Shown: in pieces, positions 16,442 through 25,690 of the stretch | Layout: every line of letters starts with the position of its first letter | How positions within the stretch are numbered: position 1 is the first letter of the stretch | DNA from: an uncultured Methanomassiliicoccales archaeon | Lineage (GTDB): Archaea; Thermoplasmatota; Thermoplasmata; Methanomassiliicoccales; Methanomethylophilaceae | Reading direction: 5' to 3' | Assembly: GCA_964499845.1 (NCBI GenBank) | Contig: CAZCMJ010000001.1 | Span: 1,439-65,438, forward strand | DNA: 64,000 nucleotides | Translations under genes and position numbers: made by a program | The notes under the pieces: model-generated | The model's input: only the letters and a program-made list of their open reading frames with translations | The model's database searches: none | What the model was told of the DNA's origin: nothing

Positions 16442-16519
16442 TGGCGAACAGGAGGGGATTCGAACCCCCGGCTTGCAGCTTAGGAGGCTGCCGCCATATC
16501 CAGGCTAGGCCACCTGTCC
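16442..16519 (-). tRNA. tRNA-Arg (anticodon CCU), CCA encoded
   Basis: Hand fold: acceptor GGACAGG/CCTGTTC (one G-U pair), anticodon arm GCAGC-CTCCTAA-GCTGC, T arm GGGGG-TTCGAAT-CCCCT, 3' GCCA. Confidence 0.8.
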
Positions 16520-17004
16520 GTCGAAATCCCTCTATAATCGCCTGGTATAAATAGATTGCGTAAGGTTTAGCCTCGATGAAATCATGATCTAAGGGGATTA
16601 GCTTCCAGCCTTCTTCAGATTGTTCCCGGTGCCGATCGGCATCGGGTCACTCGTCTCCGATCGTTGTTTTGGCAGATTCTTTATATATCATATCGCCATG
16701 TATGGGTAGGTGGATTTGGATATATATCAATAAATTGATTATAATCCAAATCCAACCGCGAAACAACAGAGAACGACGGGCGATCCGAATCCACCGAGCC
16801 GAAGAGGCGAAAAAAGGGGTTCTCTCCCAACAACTGAAACATACGGGGGAGGCCATCCGGGATGTGCCGCGGATGACGGAGAATGCTGATGGGAACAAGG
16901 AACATAAAATCGACGGAAGAAGGGCCAGGAAAGGCAAGAGGGCGGAGTACGCCCGCAAGCGCATCGGCGAAGCGGATCTGCTGTAACGTTACGTCCTTCT
17001 CCTG

Positions 17005-17461
17005 ATGGCCATCATGGAGCATCTCGGGATTCCCGAGTACCGCCATAGGAGGAGCAACCACCTGTTCAGCTACCGCGGGAAGATCGTCCTGCTGGTCCTG
17101 AGACAACGCCTCAGGCTCTCGTATCAGCAGTTCGTCAAGGACCTCCCCTCGTACAAGGGCGTCATCGACGCCCTTGGACTCATACACGTCCCCCATCACA
17201 CCACTCTGATAAGGTTCGCACAGACCGTGGACGAGCAGGACCTCGAAGCGGCGGTCTGCGCCTTCCAGCATTTCTGCAGGAAGGATTGCGTCCCAGCTGT
17301 GGACTGTACGGGGTTCAGCAACTTCCTGCGCTCGGCGCACTTCACCAAGCGCTGCGTGGACTTCGGCATCAGGACGGAGCCCGGATCCTTCACGAAGGGG
17401 TCGTATGCAGTGGACATCGACACCCATCCGATCGTATCCGCCCGCTATTCCGCCATCATGA
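17005..17461 (+). pseudogene. N-terminal fragment of a DDE transposase (IS5/IS4-superfamily-like), with the IS1634-like element abutting its 3' end
   Basis: The track ORF 17005-17559 is transposase-like only up to ...AVDCTGFSNF...KGSYAVDIDTHPIVSARYSAIM. Past 17462 the ORF reads into the inverted repeat of the neighbouring IS. No continuation is found after 19390. Confidence 0.5.
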
Positions 17462-19390
17462 TTGAAATTCCCGAACTTTCTCGTTACATCTGCCGAGGCC
17501 CGATGGGGCCACTCAGCCGCGATCGATCCCCTTGGGCGGCCCCACGTCGAACATCTTGAAGATCAGACGGTTGTCCCTCGTCGGCTCCGTCATCCTGCTC
17601 CACCCTTTGCCTTGGATCAGCTCGAGGTTGCTCAGGGATGCGAGGAGCATCCCCGGCGTCCTCTTCGAGAGGCCTCTGGGCTTCATATCGCTGCGGACCT
17701 TCCTGTCCGCCTCGTATTCGGACGATCTGCGGATCATCTCCATCTGCATGATCAGGGAGACCATCCGGATCAGGGTCCTTCCGCGTATCGCATCGCGGTC
17801 CCCGGACCGCGGCGTCCTGCCGTCGCCTTCGTTCTTGTCCTCGAGGAACGCGTCCTCGATGATGTCCCTGCAGGCATAGCAGTCCAGAACCTGTCTCCAA
17901 TCGCGGTTCCTCTCATGCGGCGTGATCATGATGAACACCCCCTTGCGATTGGCGTTGAAGGTGTGCGAATTCTGCTTGACGGTCACCTCCATGCCGTCCT
18001 CCCCCATCGTCCATTCCAGCATCCCGGCATAGGCTCCGGCCGACTTGGCGAACAGCTTGGCCGGATCGCGGGGTCTGCGCCCCTTGAGATCGCTGACGAT
18101 CCCGTTCAGGGCCACATCCATCCCTTCGGTTTCGCAGCCGGCGGCCCTCACGTCGCGGTATGCGAACACATCCAGATATCCGTCCGCGGACCCGTAGTCC
18201 CGATCGTCCTCGGACATCATGTCGTAACCGTCCGGATCCTCCCATACCGTGCTGCGTCTGGTCCTGTTCTCGTCCCTGTTCACGCGGATCCCGACCGTGG
18301 TCCGCAGGACGGTGTACGAGTGGCCGTCGTGAACGAACGTGTGCTCCACATCCCCGACGAACCTCAGAAGCGACGTCACTATGGATTTGACCACCGGGTT
18401 GTCGCCCATGACCATCGGCATGACGAAGTCCATGCCGTTGTCCAGGAGGTACATGGCGCCTCTGCATGATACGAATCCCCTGTCCATGACGAGGACCGCC
18501 CCGGCTCCGCCGAGGCGGACCACGTCGTCGACCATGCGTTGGAGAGTGGCGACATCGACGGTGGAACCTGGATACAGATAGAACATCAACGGATGTCCGA
18601 CCTTGTCCGTGACCAGTCCGAGATTCTGCTGCGGGAGCCTCATATGGTCCTTGTTGCGCCCCCATTCGGCATTGGAGTTCCTCGAGCTGTACGTGCTCTC
18701 CGACGTCAGATCGAAGATGTACTGGTCGTTCGCAGTCCCGATCCTCCTGCGGAAGAACTCGTCCAGACCCGAGAAGTCGGTCCCTATCCTCTTCGTCAGC
18801 TCCGACATCCTCTGCGATGAGAAGTCCGTATCCTCCGGCAGTCCGAGGAGTTGGGGCACGCAGCTCCTCTCCATCGTATCCTCGACGTGCATCAATGCCG
18901 CAGGACGGATCGTATAGGCCATGGCGACCGCCATGGCCATCGTCCCGTCCTTCGCTCCGAACGATTTGACGAGATCCTCGAGGATGCCGAGCCTCTCCTG
19001 TAGAGCCATCAGAAGATAGGCGTCTCCGAACCTCTTGCAGGATACCACCATGGGGACTTCTGCCTTCTCCGACTCCGTCTTCAACGGCCCGAACTCCCCC
19101 GTCTCCTCGTCGTAGAAGTACCCTTTCTTCGGCCTGAGCCTGCCGTCGACCATGACTCCCATGTATTCTGTATCTGCCACGGGGCCACGTTTTTCTTCGG
19201 AATAGTGCGAGGTGGACCGGTATACGTACTCCTTTCCGCCCTTTTTCACTATATACGGCTCAAGCATATACCAAGAATCTCGTTATAGTATTTAATGGGT
19301 TCGATTTATAAAAGAGCCCTGATTTTTTCGGCTTAGTATTTAAAAAAGATAACGAGAACTTGGCATACCAAGATTATTTGGGATTTTCAA
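17462..19390 (-). mobile_element. IS1634-like (IS4-superfamily) insertion sequence
   Basis: Imperfect terminal inverted repeats: TTGAAATTCCCGAACTTTCTCGTTA at 17462-17486 versus the reverse complement of 19366-19390, TTGAAAATCCCAAATAATCTTGGTA (17/25). They enclose one long transposase ORF. No target-site duplication was seen. Confidence 0.55.
17513..19267 (-). CDS. IS1634-family-like DDE transposase
   Basis: 584-aa ORF. DDE-type blocks (IFDLTSEST, LVMDRGFVS, YACRDIIEDAFLEDKNE) with the long D-to-E spacing typical of IS1634/IS4 elements. Confidence 0.8.
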   Translation of the reverse strand: MLEPYIVKKGGKEYVYRSTSHYSEEKRGPVADTEYMGVMVDGRLRPKKGYFYDEETGEFGPLKTESEKAEVPMVVSCKRFGDAYLLMALQERLGILEDLVKSFGAKDGTMAMAVAMAYTIRPAALMHVEDTMERSCVPQLLGLPEDTDFSSQRMSELTKRIGTDFSGLDEFFRRRIGTANDQYIFDLTSESTYSSRNSNAEWGRNKDHMRLPQQNLGLVTDKVGHPLMFYLYPGSTVDVATLQRMVDDVVRLGGAGAVLVMDRGFVSCRGAMYLLDNGMDFVMPMVMGDNPVVKSIVTSLLRFVGDVEHTFVHDGHSYTVLRTTVGIRVNRDENRTRRSTVWEDPDGYDMMSEDDRDYGSADGYLDVFAYRDVRAAGCETEGMDVALNGIVSDLKGRRPRDPAKLFAKSAGAYAGMLEWTMGEDGMEVTVKQNSHTFNANRKGVFIMITPHERNRDWRQVLDCYACRDIIEDAFLEDKNEGDGRTPRSGDRDAIRGRTLIRMVSLIMQMEMIRRSSEYEADRKVRSDMKPRGLSKRTPGMLLASLSNLELIQGKGWSRMTEPTRDNRLIFKMFDVGPPKGIDRG

Positions 19391-19481
19391 ACCAGTATGC
19401 ATAACGTTTGTTTCCATGTTCCTCGAAACGAAGTCCCATGGTCATGAATACATCTGATGGTTCTCAATCATATCTGTCTGA

Positions 19482-20364
19482 AGTAATGTTGGTCTCGGCA
19501 TCGATGTATTTGGTCACGTTATCGGGAAGTACGAAGTCAGGCCCCATGCGTACACCGGCAGGAAGAGGCCGATGTCCAACGACGTCATCGACAGGGTATA
19601 CGGACTCGCCAGGGAGACGGACAGATGGGATGTTCTCAGGGGATGCATGACGGCGATCCTCTGCTGCAGCCGCGGTCTGAGACCGCAGGAGGCACGCCAG
19701 CTTTACGCCGACGACATCGTCCTCATGGGCGACCGTTCCGTCGTGCATGTGGAGCACGTCAAGGATGAGGGCACCTGGGGAGAGCCCAGGAATGTTCCTG
19801 ATTATGGACGGTGTCGAGGACATCTTCAGGAAGTACCTCGGGATGAGGGTGGAGGTCCTCAGGGAACACGGGATCGAGAGCAGAGAGATGTTCCCTCCGC
19901 TGAAGGGGAATGTGGAGTTCTACTGCCAGCAGTCCTTCGGCAGGCTCAAGAAGGTCGTGGAGGACATCCGCGGGACGAGGTTCGAGCTCCGTTCCGGTCG
20001 CAGGGCATTCGGTCAGAGGCTCCTCGACAAGGGCAACCTGATCGAAGACGTCTCCGTGGCCATGGGCCACGCATCCACGAAGACCATCGAGGGGTACTAC
20101 GCACGCGGTCGCGAGGACATTGTCATGAACAGGATCTGTCGCGCGAGCGCGGTCAGGAGGTGTCCTGAGGCAGTTGGAAACGGGCCCATATGCATGGGGA
20201 AGGACTCGTCAAGAAACCTTCCTTATGCGTGGATTCAATCACCAAAAGTTGGCACAAATCGGAAAACAATAGCTTCAGAATCCAACTGTCTGGACAGAAG
20301 AGTGGGCCTACCCGGATTTGAACCGGGGTCAATGGCTCCCAAAGCCACAAGTATACCAAGCTAG
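19482..20364 (+). pseudogene. tyrosine recombinase/integrase remnant (N-terminally truncated, frameshift near 19790-19800)
   Basis: Frame 0 reads ...GLRPQEARQLYADDIVLMGDRSVVHVEHVKDEGTWGEPRNVP. Frame +1 (track ORF 19747-20364) continues IMDGVEDIFRKYL...LRSGRRAFGQRLL...AMGHASTKTIEGYY (R, H-x-x-R and Y catalytic signature). The ORF tail runs antisense into tRNA-Pro. Confidence 0.6.
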
Positions 20365-20375
20365 CCCATAGGCCC
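20303..20375 (-). tRNA. tRNA-Pro (anticodon UGG), no encoded CCA
   Basis: Acceptor GGGCCTA/TAGGCCC, anticodon arm GTGGC-TTTGGGA-GCCAT, T arm CCCGG-TTCAAAT-CCGGG. The D stem pairs weakly in my hand fold. TATA TTTTATAG lies upstream on the minus strand. Confidence 0.7.
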
Positions 20376-20436
20376 ACTGTAACGTCCAACGCTGATTTGC
20401 TATAAAACCGTGTGCCGTCCCGAATCGGTCGGGGCG

Positions 20437-21765
20437 TCATTCCCAGGGCATCTTCGGGACCAACAGGTCCGTGATCAGCAGGGGGTCGACGCATTCCAAC
20501 GTGCGGTCGTGGTCCAGGACCTCCATGGTGCCGATGTCCAGGTTCTTTCCGATGCCTGACATCGCGGCCTCTCCGCGGACCATCTCATCCGCCCTGGTAT
20601 AGGGCCTGTCGGCGATGACCATCCACACGCCGTCCTCGATGAAGGGTTCGCCGTTGGCGTTCCCCCTCCATTTGGACAGGAAGTTCTCCGAGGCCTTCAC
20701 CCATGCGGGAGGTCCCCTGTGCTTACGGGTCCTGGGCAGTGTGTCCCTCTCAAGTTCGAACACCACGGTCAATCTCTCGTCATCCATGGAATGCGTTGCA
20801 CGGAGCACCTCGAACGAGAACTCATCCAGCTTCCTCTCCAATGCGATCTGTGTCTTCCAGAGTTGGGAGAACAGACTGTCCTCGATGACTCCCGGCCTCC
20901 TGAACACGACGGACAACAATCTGGATCCGTGGACCGTTGCGATCCCGGAGAGCCCCTCCAAGGTCAGGGCCTCCCTGGCAGGTTTGAAGAAGAACCTCTC
21001 GTCGGGACATCTCAGGTATTCCGAGGCCGCATGGATGAACAGCGACATGGTGTCCAGGTGGACCGATGACGCCATGTTCCTGCGGGGGTCTACCGGATCG
21101 TAGACCACGAGGGGTGCCTTCATTGATGGCCCTCTGCCCTCGACCTCGATCACCGTTCCCTCCCTCCAGGACTGTGCCCCCTGTAGGACTCCGCGGAACG
21201 ACCCGTACCTGACCACAAGCACCTCGCAGAGGTATCCCGAGAATCCTCTGGAGTCCTGTTCGGCACCGTAGGTGCCTATGTTCTTCATGAACTTCTTGAG
21301 CAGGCGGACCTGGTCCCTCTGCTCCTGTGTGAGTGTTCTGCAGATGTATGCGGTGTGGAACGGTGTCCTGTCCACCGCACTCTGCAGTTTGTCTGTCGAT
21401 GAGAGGTGGTAGCAGGGTACCATGTCCACATCCAACCCCTCGAACACGCCCCTCGTGTAGGGATGTTCCGAGAACATGCGTTCCCCGTGGAGGATGTCCT
21501 CCCCCGCCTGCAGTCCGATCCTCTCCAACTCCCTCTTGGGGACGGATTCGGGGAACATCAGGAACAGGTCCAGGTCGGGGTTCGAAAGGAATGTCCCTTT
21601 GGAGAAGGACCCTGCGAACATTATGTCGATGTCGATGCCGTGGTCCAGTATGTACTCCTGGACGATGCTCTTCAGCCTGGCGGCCCTCTCGGATATCGAG
21701 AGTATCTCGTCCTCCGACGGGACGATCCTCCTCAGGACGGATTGCTCCAACGCATCGGCATCCAT
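20437..21765 (-). CDS. cca: CCA-adding tRNA nucleotidyltransferase (archaeal class I)
   Basis: Track ORF 20437-21852. ATG 21765 (MDADALEQ) avoids overlap with ilvB. The motif GSFSKGTFLSNPDLDLFLMF and the length of ~440 aa fit the family. Confidence 0.85.
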   Translation of the reverse strand: MDADALEQSVLRRIVPSEDEILSISERAARLKSIVQEYILDHGIDIDIMFAGSFSKGTFLSNPDLDLFLMFPESVPKRELERIGLQAGEDILHGERMFSEHPYTRGVFEGLDVDMVPCYHLSSTDKLQSAVDRTPFHTAYICRTLTQEQRDQVRLLKKFMKNIGTYGAEQDSRGFSGYLCEVLVVRYGSFRGVLQGAQSWREGTVIEVEGRGPSMKAPLVVYDPVDPRRNMASSVHLDTMSLFIHAASEYLRCPDERFFFKPAREALTLEGLSGIATVHGSRLLSVVFRRPGVIEDSLFSQLWKTQIALERKLDEFSFEVLRATHSMDDERLTVVFELERDTLPRTRKHRGPPAWVKASENFLSKWRGNANGEPFIEDGVWMVIADRPYTRADEMVRGEAAMSGIGKNLDIGTMEVLDHDRTLECVDPLLITDLLVPKMPWE

Positions 21766-21775
21766 GGTATCGACC

Positions 21776-23440
21776 TCAGAACGGACAGCGTCCCAGGACG
21801 GCGGGTGCGCTGGGGTCCGCGGGGAGCATGGGGAGGATGTCCTCGTTGACATCGACCCTGACCTCCACCAGACAGGTCCTTCCGCACTCCGTGGCCTCCT
21901 TCAGGGCATCGCCGATCTCGCCCGGCTTCTCCACCAGTATTCCCTTGGCACCGAAGGCCTCGGCCATCTTGACGAAGTCGGGTGTGGCGTCCAGCGTGGT
22001 CTGGCTGTACCTCTCGTTCCAGAAGAGCTTCTGCCACTGTCTGACCATTCCCAGGACACCGTTGTTGAGCAGCACTATCGTGACGGGCAGGTCCTCGGCC
22101 AGGGATGTGGCCACCTCCTGCATGACCATCTGGAACCCTCCGTCGCCGGTGATGGCGATGACATCCGATTCCGGCTTTGCCGCCTTGGCACCGATTGCCG
22201 CGGGCAGTCCGAAGCCCATGGTCCCGAAGGTACCTGATGAGAGGAACTGGCGGGGGTGTTCGAAGTCCAGGTGGTGCATGGCCCACATCTGGTTCTGTCC
22301 CACGTCGGTTGTGACTATTGTATCATTCCTGATGATCCTGTTCAGTTCGAACATGACCTTCTGGGGGAGGATCGGAGTGGCATCCATGTCCAGATTGCAC
22401 CTGCATCCCCTATGGAGCTCGAGTCCCCTGTCGGTCCATATCCTGTTGGGTGTGTATCCCTTCAGACCCTCCACGAGCATCCTGACCGCCCTGCGGGAGT
22501 CGCCCATGAGGTTGACGCTGTTGCGGAACTTGTGCTTCCCGAACTCGGTGGCGTCCACGTCGATGTGGATGACCCTGGCCTCGGTGTCCTGCATGCGGCT
22601 CTTGGCGCTCCAGGTCCTGTCGGAGAACCTGCTTCCGATGGAGATGACCAGGTCTGCCTCGTTCATGGCGACCTTGGCGCCCATCCTGCCGTGCATACCG
22701 AGGGTGCCCATGTTCAGGTCGTAGGAAGAGGGCACTATGCCTATTCCCATGAGTGTGACGTCCACCGGGGCCCTGAGGAGCTCGGCCAGTTCCCTGACCT
22801 CTCTGCAGGCGTTGATCGCCCCGCCTCCGACCAGGATCACAGGCCTCTTGGCCTCCCTGATCCATCTGATGGCCTGATCTATGCCCGAGAGGTCCTCGGG
22901 GATGGGTTTGACACCGTACTCCTCGTTCAGATACTCGGCGTCCACCTCGGATTTCATCTGGTCCACGGGCAGGTCGATGTGGACCGGTCCGGGTCTGCCC
23001 ATCTGGCAGATGTCCCATGCCTCTGTGATCGCATGGGGGAGCCTGTTGGAATCGAGGACACGGAAATTGTGTTTCGTGATCGGCATGAGGAGGCTGTAGG
23101 CGTCCACCTCCTGGAAGGCTCCCAGCCCCAGGGACCCGGTACCGACCTGTCCGGTCAGTGCGAGCATGGGGACGGAATCCGCGTATGCGGTGGCCACTCC
23201 GGTGATGAGGTTGGTGGCTCCGGGACCGCTTGTGGCGAGGCACACTCCGGGACGTCCGCTTGCACGGGCGTAACCGTCGGCCATGTGGGCTGCGCACTGT
23301 TCGTGGCGTACCAGGACGTGCCTGATGCTTGAGTCGTAGAGTTCGTCGTAGATGGGGATGACGCTTCCGCCGGGGTATCCGAACATCGTGTCGACGCCTT
23401 TCCTGTCGAGCATTGTGACCAGTGCTTTCGTGCCTTTCAT
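21776..23440 (-). CDS. ilvB: acetolactate synthase large subunit-like ThDP enzyme, copy 1
   Basis: 554 aa. GYPGGSVIPIYDEL, HEQCAAHMADGYA, GPGATNL and ITGDGGFQM...NNG (ThDP/Mg motif). It has its own TATA (TTTTATTATAAG) upstream. Confidence 0.85.
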   Translation of the reverse strand: MKGTKALVTMLDRKGVDTMFGYPGGSVIPIYDELYDSSIRHVLVRHEQCAAHMADGYARASGRPGVCLATSGPGATNLITGVATAYADSVPMLALTGQVGTGSLGLGAFQEVDAYSLLMPITKHNFRVLDSNRLPHAITEAWDICQMGRPGPVHIDLPVDQMKSEVDAEYLNEEYGVKPIPEDLSGIDQAIRWIREAKRPVILVGGGAINACREVRELAELLRAPVDVTLMGIGIVPSSYDLNMGTLGMHGRMGAKVAMNEADLVISIGSRFSDRTWSAKSRMQDTEARVIHIDVDATEFGKHKFRNSVNLMGDSRRAVRMLVEGLKGYTPNRIWTDRGLELHRGCRCNLDMDATPILPQKVMFELNRIIRNDTIVTTDVGQNQMWAMHHLDFEHPRQFLSSGTFGTMGFGLPAAIGAKAAKPESDVIAITGDGGFQMVMQEVATSLAEDLPVTIVLLNNGVLGMVRQWQKLFWNERYSQTTLDATPDFVKMAEAFGAKGILVEKPGEIGDALKEATECGRTCLVEVRVDVNEDILPMLPADPSAPAVLGRCPF

Positions 23441-23873
23441 GTTAATGCCTTCGTGTGCGCATTTGCTCTCTTATAATAAAAGTTCGGGAAAACGTTCACT
23501 GGCCACGGCGATGCATCGGACGGTAGAGGGGGAGCCTGTCGGTTCCGATGTTCTCTATGGTCCCGTCCTTCCTGAGTGCGGCCAGGTGGTGGCATCGGAG
23601 TATGTCTTCTTCCCATCGCCGCCCGTGGTCCCTGAGAAGTGGTCGAGGTGTCCCTCTTGGTTACCGCCCTGTACTGTGATGAATTCAATCCGTGGTCATT
23701 TAATCAATTCTTATTCAATCTTCACCCGGTCGACCGTTCCGGGCATTCTGAAAAAATCCTTGTGCATCACGCCTGATCATGGATGTCAATCCTTGGACCG
23801 AGGTGGTCTATCTGAGACGGTGATGTGGGAAAAGGAATGTCCCCGCCCCTGCGGACGGGGTTTGATATGTGTT

Positions 23874-25541
23874 TCAGAACGGGCAGTGGCCCTTGACCAT
23901 GGGGATGTCGGGGTTCGCCGGCAGCATGGGCAGGATCTCGATGTCCGGGTCGACCATGATCTCCACGACGGTCGTGACATCGTTGTCCATGGCCTGTCTG
24001 ATGGCATCGCCGATGTCGTCGGGCCTCTCCACGTGTATGCCCTTGCATCTGAATCCCTCTGCGACCTTGACGAAGTCGGGGTTGGCGCCCAGGGTGGTGG
24101 CGGAGTATCTCTCGTTCCAGAAGAGCTTCTGCATCTGTCTGACCATGCCCAGTGTGCCGTTGTTCAGCAGGACGACGGTGACCGGCAGGTCCTCCGCGAC
24201 GGATGTGGCCAGTTCCTGGACGACCATCTGGAGTCCGGCATCGCCGGTGATCGTGAGGACCTTCTTATCGGGCATCGCGGCCTTGGCACCGATCGCGGAC
24301 GGTAATCCGAAGCCCATGGTCCCGAACGTACCGGATGTGAGGAACTGACGGGGATGGCTGATGTTCAGGTGGTGCATGGCCCACATCTGGTTCTGTCCCA
24401 CATCGGTGGTGATGATCGTATCGTCGTCGATGATCCTGTTGATCTCGTACATTATCCTCTGAGGGGAGATGGGCACACAGTCCTTCCTCTGGTCGCAGAA
24501 GCATCTGTCCTTGACCTTCCTGGCGCGCTCCGTCCACTCCGCATAGGTGGGTGCGTTCCCTCCGATGGCGTCGATCAGGAGCCTGACGACCCTTGCGGCG
24601 TCCCCCTGGAGGTTCACCGACGGGCTGTGGTTGTGCTTGTCGAACTCCGTGGCGTCCACGTCGATGTGGATGACCCTTCCTTGGGGGTCGTCCATGCGGT
24701 CATGGGAGCTGTACGTCCTGTCGGAGAACCTGCTCCCGATGGATATGATGAGGTCGGCCTCCCTGCTCATGGTCAGTGCGGCCATCCTGCCGTGCATCCC
24801 GAGGGGTCCCATGTACATCTCGTAATCATACGGGACTATCCCGACGCCCATGAGGGTGGTGTCCACCGGTGCCCCCAGCAATCTGGCGAGCTCCATGACC
24901 TCCTCGGACGCGTCTATGGCGCCCCCTCCGACGAGGATGAGGGGCCTCTTGGCCTCCCTGATCCATCTGACGGCCTCGTTGAGTCTGGAGATGTCCTCCG
25001 TGAGGGGCTTGACACCGTACTTTTCGCCGATCAGCGAGACGTTGATCTCGGAGTTCATCTGGTCTATGGGCAGGTCGATGTGGACCGGCCCCCTGCGCCC
25101 CATCTGGCAGATGTCCCAAGCCTCGTGTATGGCGTGGGGCAGTCTGTTCACATCCAGGACACGGTAGCTGTGCTTCGTGACGGGCATCAGGAGACTGTAT
25201 GCGTCCACCTCCTGGAACGCCCCGAGGCCCAGGGACCCTGCGGCGACCTGTCCGGTCAGTGCGATCATGGGGACGGAGTCCGCATACGCGGTCGCGATAC
25301 CCGTGACGAGGTTGGTCGTACCGGGTCCGCTGGTGGCGAGGCACACTCCGGGCTGGTTCTTCGCACGTGCGTAACCGTCCGCCATATGGGCGGCGCATTG
25401 CTCGTGACGCACCAGCACATGCCTGATGGACGAGTCGAGGAGCTCGTCGTAGATGGAGATGACACTCCCTCCGGGATATCCGAAGATGGTGTCGACGCCC
25501 TTGTTCTCAAGCATACTCAGCAGTGCCTTCGTACCTTTCAT
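23874..25541 (-). CDS. ilvB: acetolactate synthase large subunit-like ThDP enzyme, copy 2 (tandem paralogue)
   Basis: 555 aa, collinear with copy 1 and roughly 70% identical by eye. It has its own TATA (GCTTATAAG). Confidence 0.85.
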   Translation of the reverse strand: MKGTKALLSMLENKGVDTIFGYPGGSVISIYDELLDSSIRHVLVRHEQCAAHMADGYARAKNQPGVCLATSGPGTTNLVTGIATAYADSVPMIALTGQVAAGSLGLGAFQEVDAYSLLMPVTKHSYRVLDVNRLPHAIHEAWDICQMGRRGPVHIDLPIDQMNSEINVSLIGEKYGVKPLTEDISRLNEAVRWIREAKRPLILVGGGAIDASEEVMELARLLGAPVDTTLMGVGIVPYDYEMYMGPLGMHGRMAALTMSREADLIISIGSRFSDRTYSSHDRMDDPQGRVIHIDVDATEFDKHNHSPSVNLQGDAARVVRLLIDAIGGNAPTYAEWTERARKVKDRCFCDQRKDCVPISPQRIMYEINRIIDDDTIITTDVGQNQMWAMHHLNISHPRQFLTSGTFGTMGFGLPSAIGAKAAMPDKKVLTITGDAGLQMVVQELATSVAEDLPVTVVLLNNGTLGMVRQMQKLFWNERYSATTLGANPDFVKVAEGFRCKGIHVERPDDIGDAIRQAMDNDVTTVVEIMVDPDIEILPMLPANPDIPMVKGHCPF

Positions 25542-25690
25542 TGCCGATACCTTCCGACGGAGGATTGTACGGACGTCTTATAAGCGTTGGCGGTGGGCCG
25601 GACATGATGTCCCATCGGGGGATGTACGGCGATGTCCTTCTGCCCATACTATTTTTTACTGGACGCCCATCGTGAGCTCAGGTTATTATC

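Noticed and set aside
16669-16986. 105-aa ORF (MADSLYIISPCMGRWIWIYINKLIIIQIQPRNNRERRA...) and the 248-aa antisense ORF 16681-17427
   Set aside because: The first begins in an AT-rich hairpin region and is low-complexity and basic; it may be the leader of the IS5-like remnant rather than a gene. The second is antisense to the transposase fragment.
19358-19369. 12-nt identity ACTTGGCATACC between the IS right end (19358-19369) and the 5S rRNA upstream region (33499-33510), both embedded in CCAAG/CTTGG palindromes
   Set aside because: The match is short, the flanks do not align, and I have no supporting third copy. It is most likely coincidence.
17462-19390. Target-site duplication for the IS1634-like element
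   Set aside because: The flanks (…CCATCATGA | … | ACCAGTATGC…) share no direct repeat. Either my end assignment is off by a few bases or an adjacent deletion removed one copy.
23441-23873. Possible small gene in the spacer between the ilvB paralogues (83-aa ORF 23437-23688 and an unlisted frame reading ...ITVQGGNQEGHLDHFSGTTGGDGKK...)
   Set aside because: The 83-aa ORF is Arg/Pro-rich with a TTG start. The other frame has no start codon and an internal TAG. Neither is convincing.
21333-25583. Plus-strand ORFs 21333-22724, 22256-23332, 23352-24305 and 24354-25583 over cca and the ilvB paralogues
   Set aside because: They are antisense shadows of well-supported minus-strand genes. Their Pro/Arg/Ser/Gly-rich translations carry no motifs.
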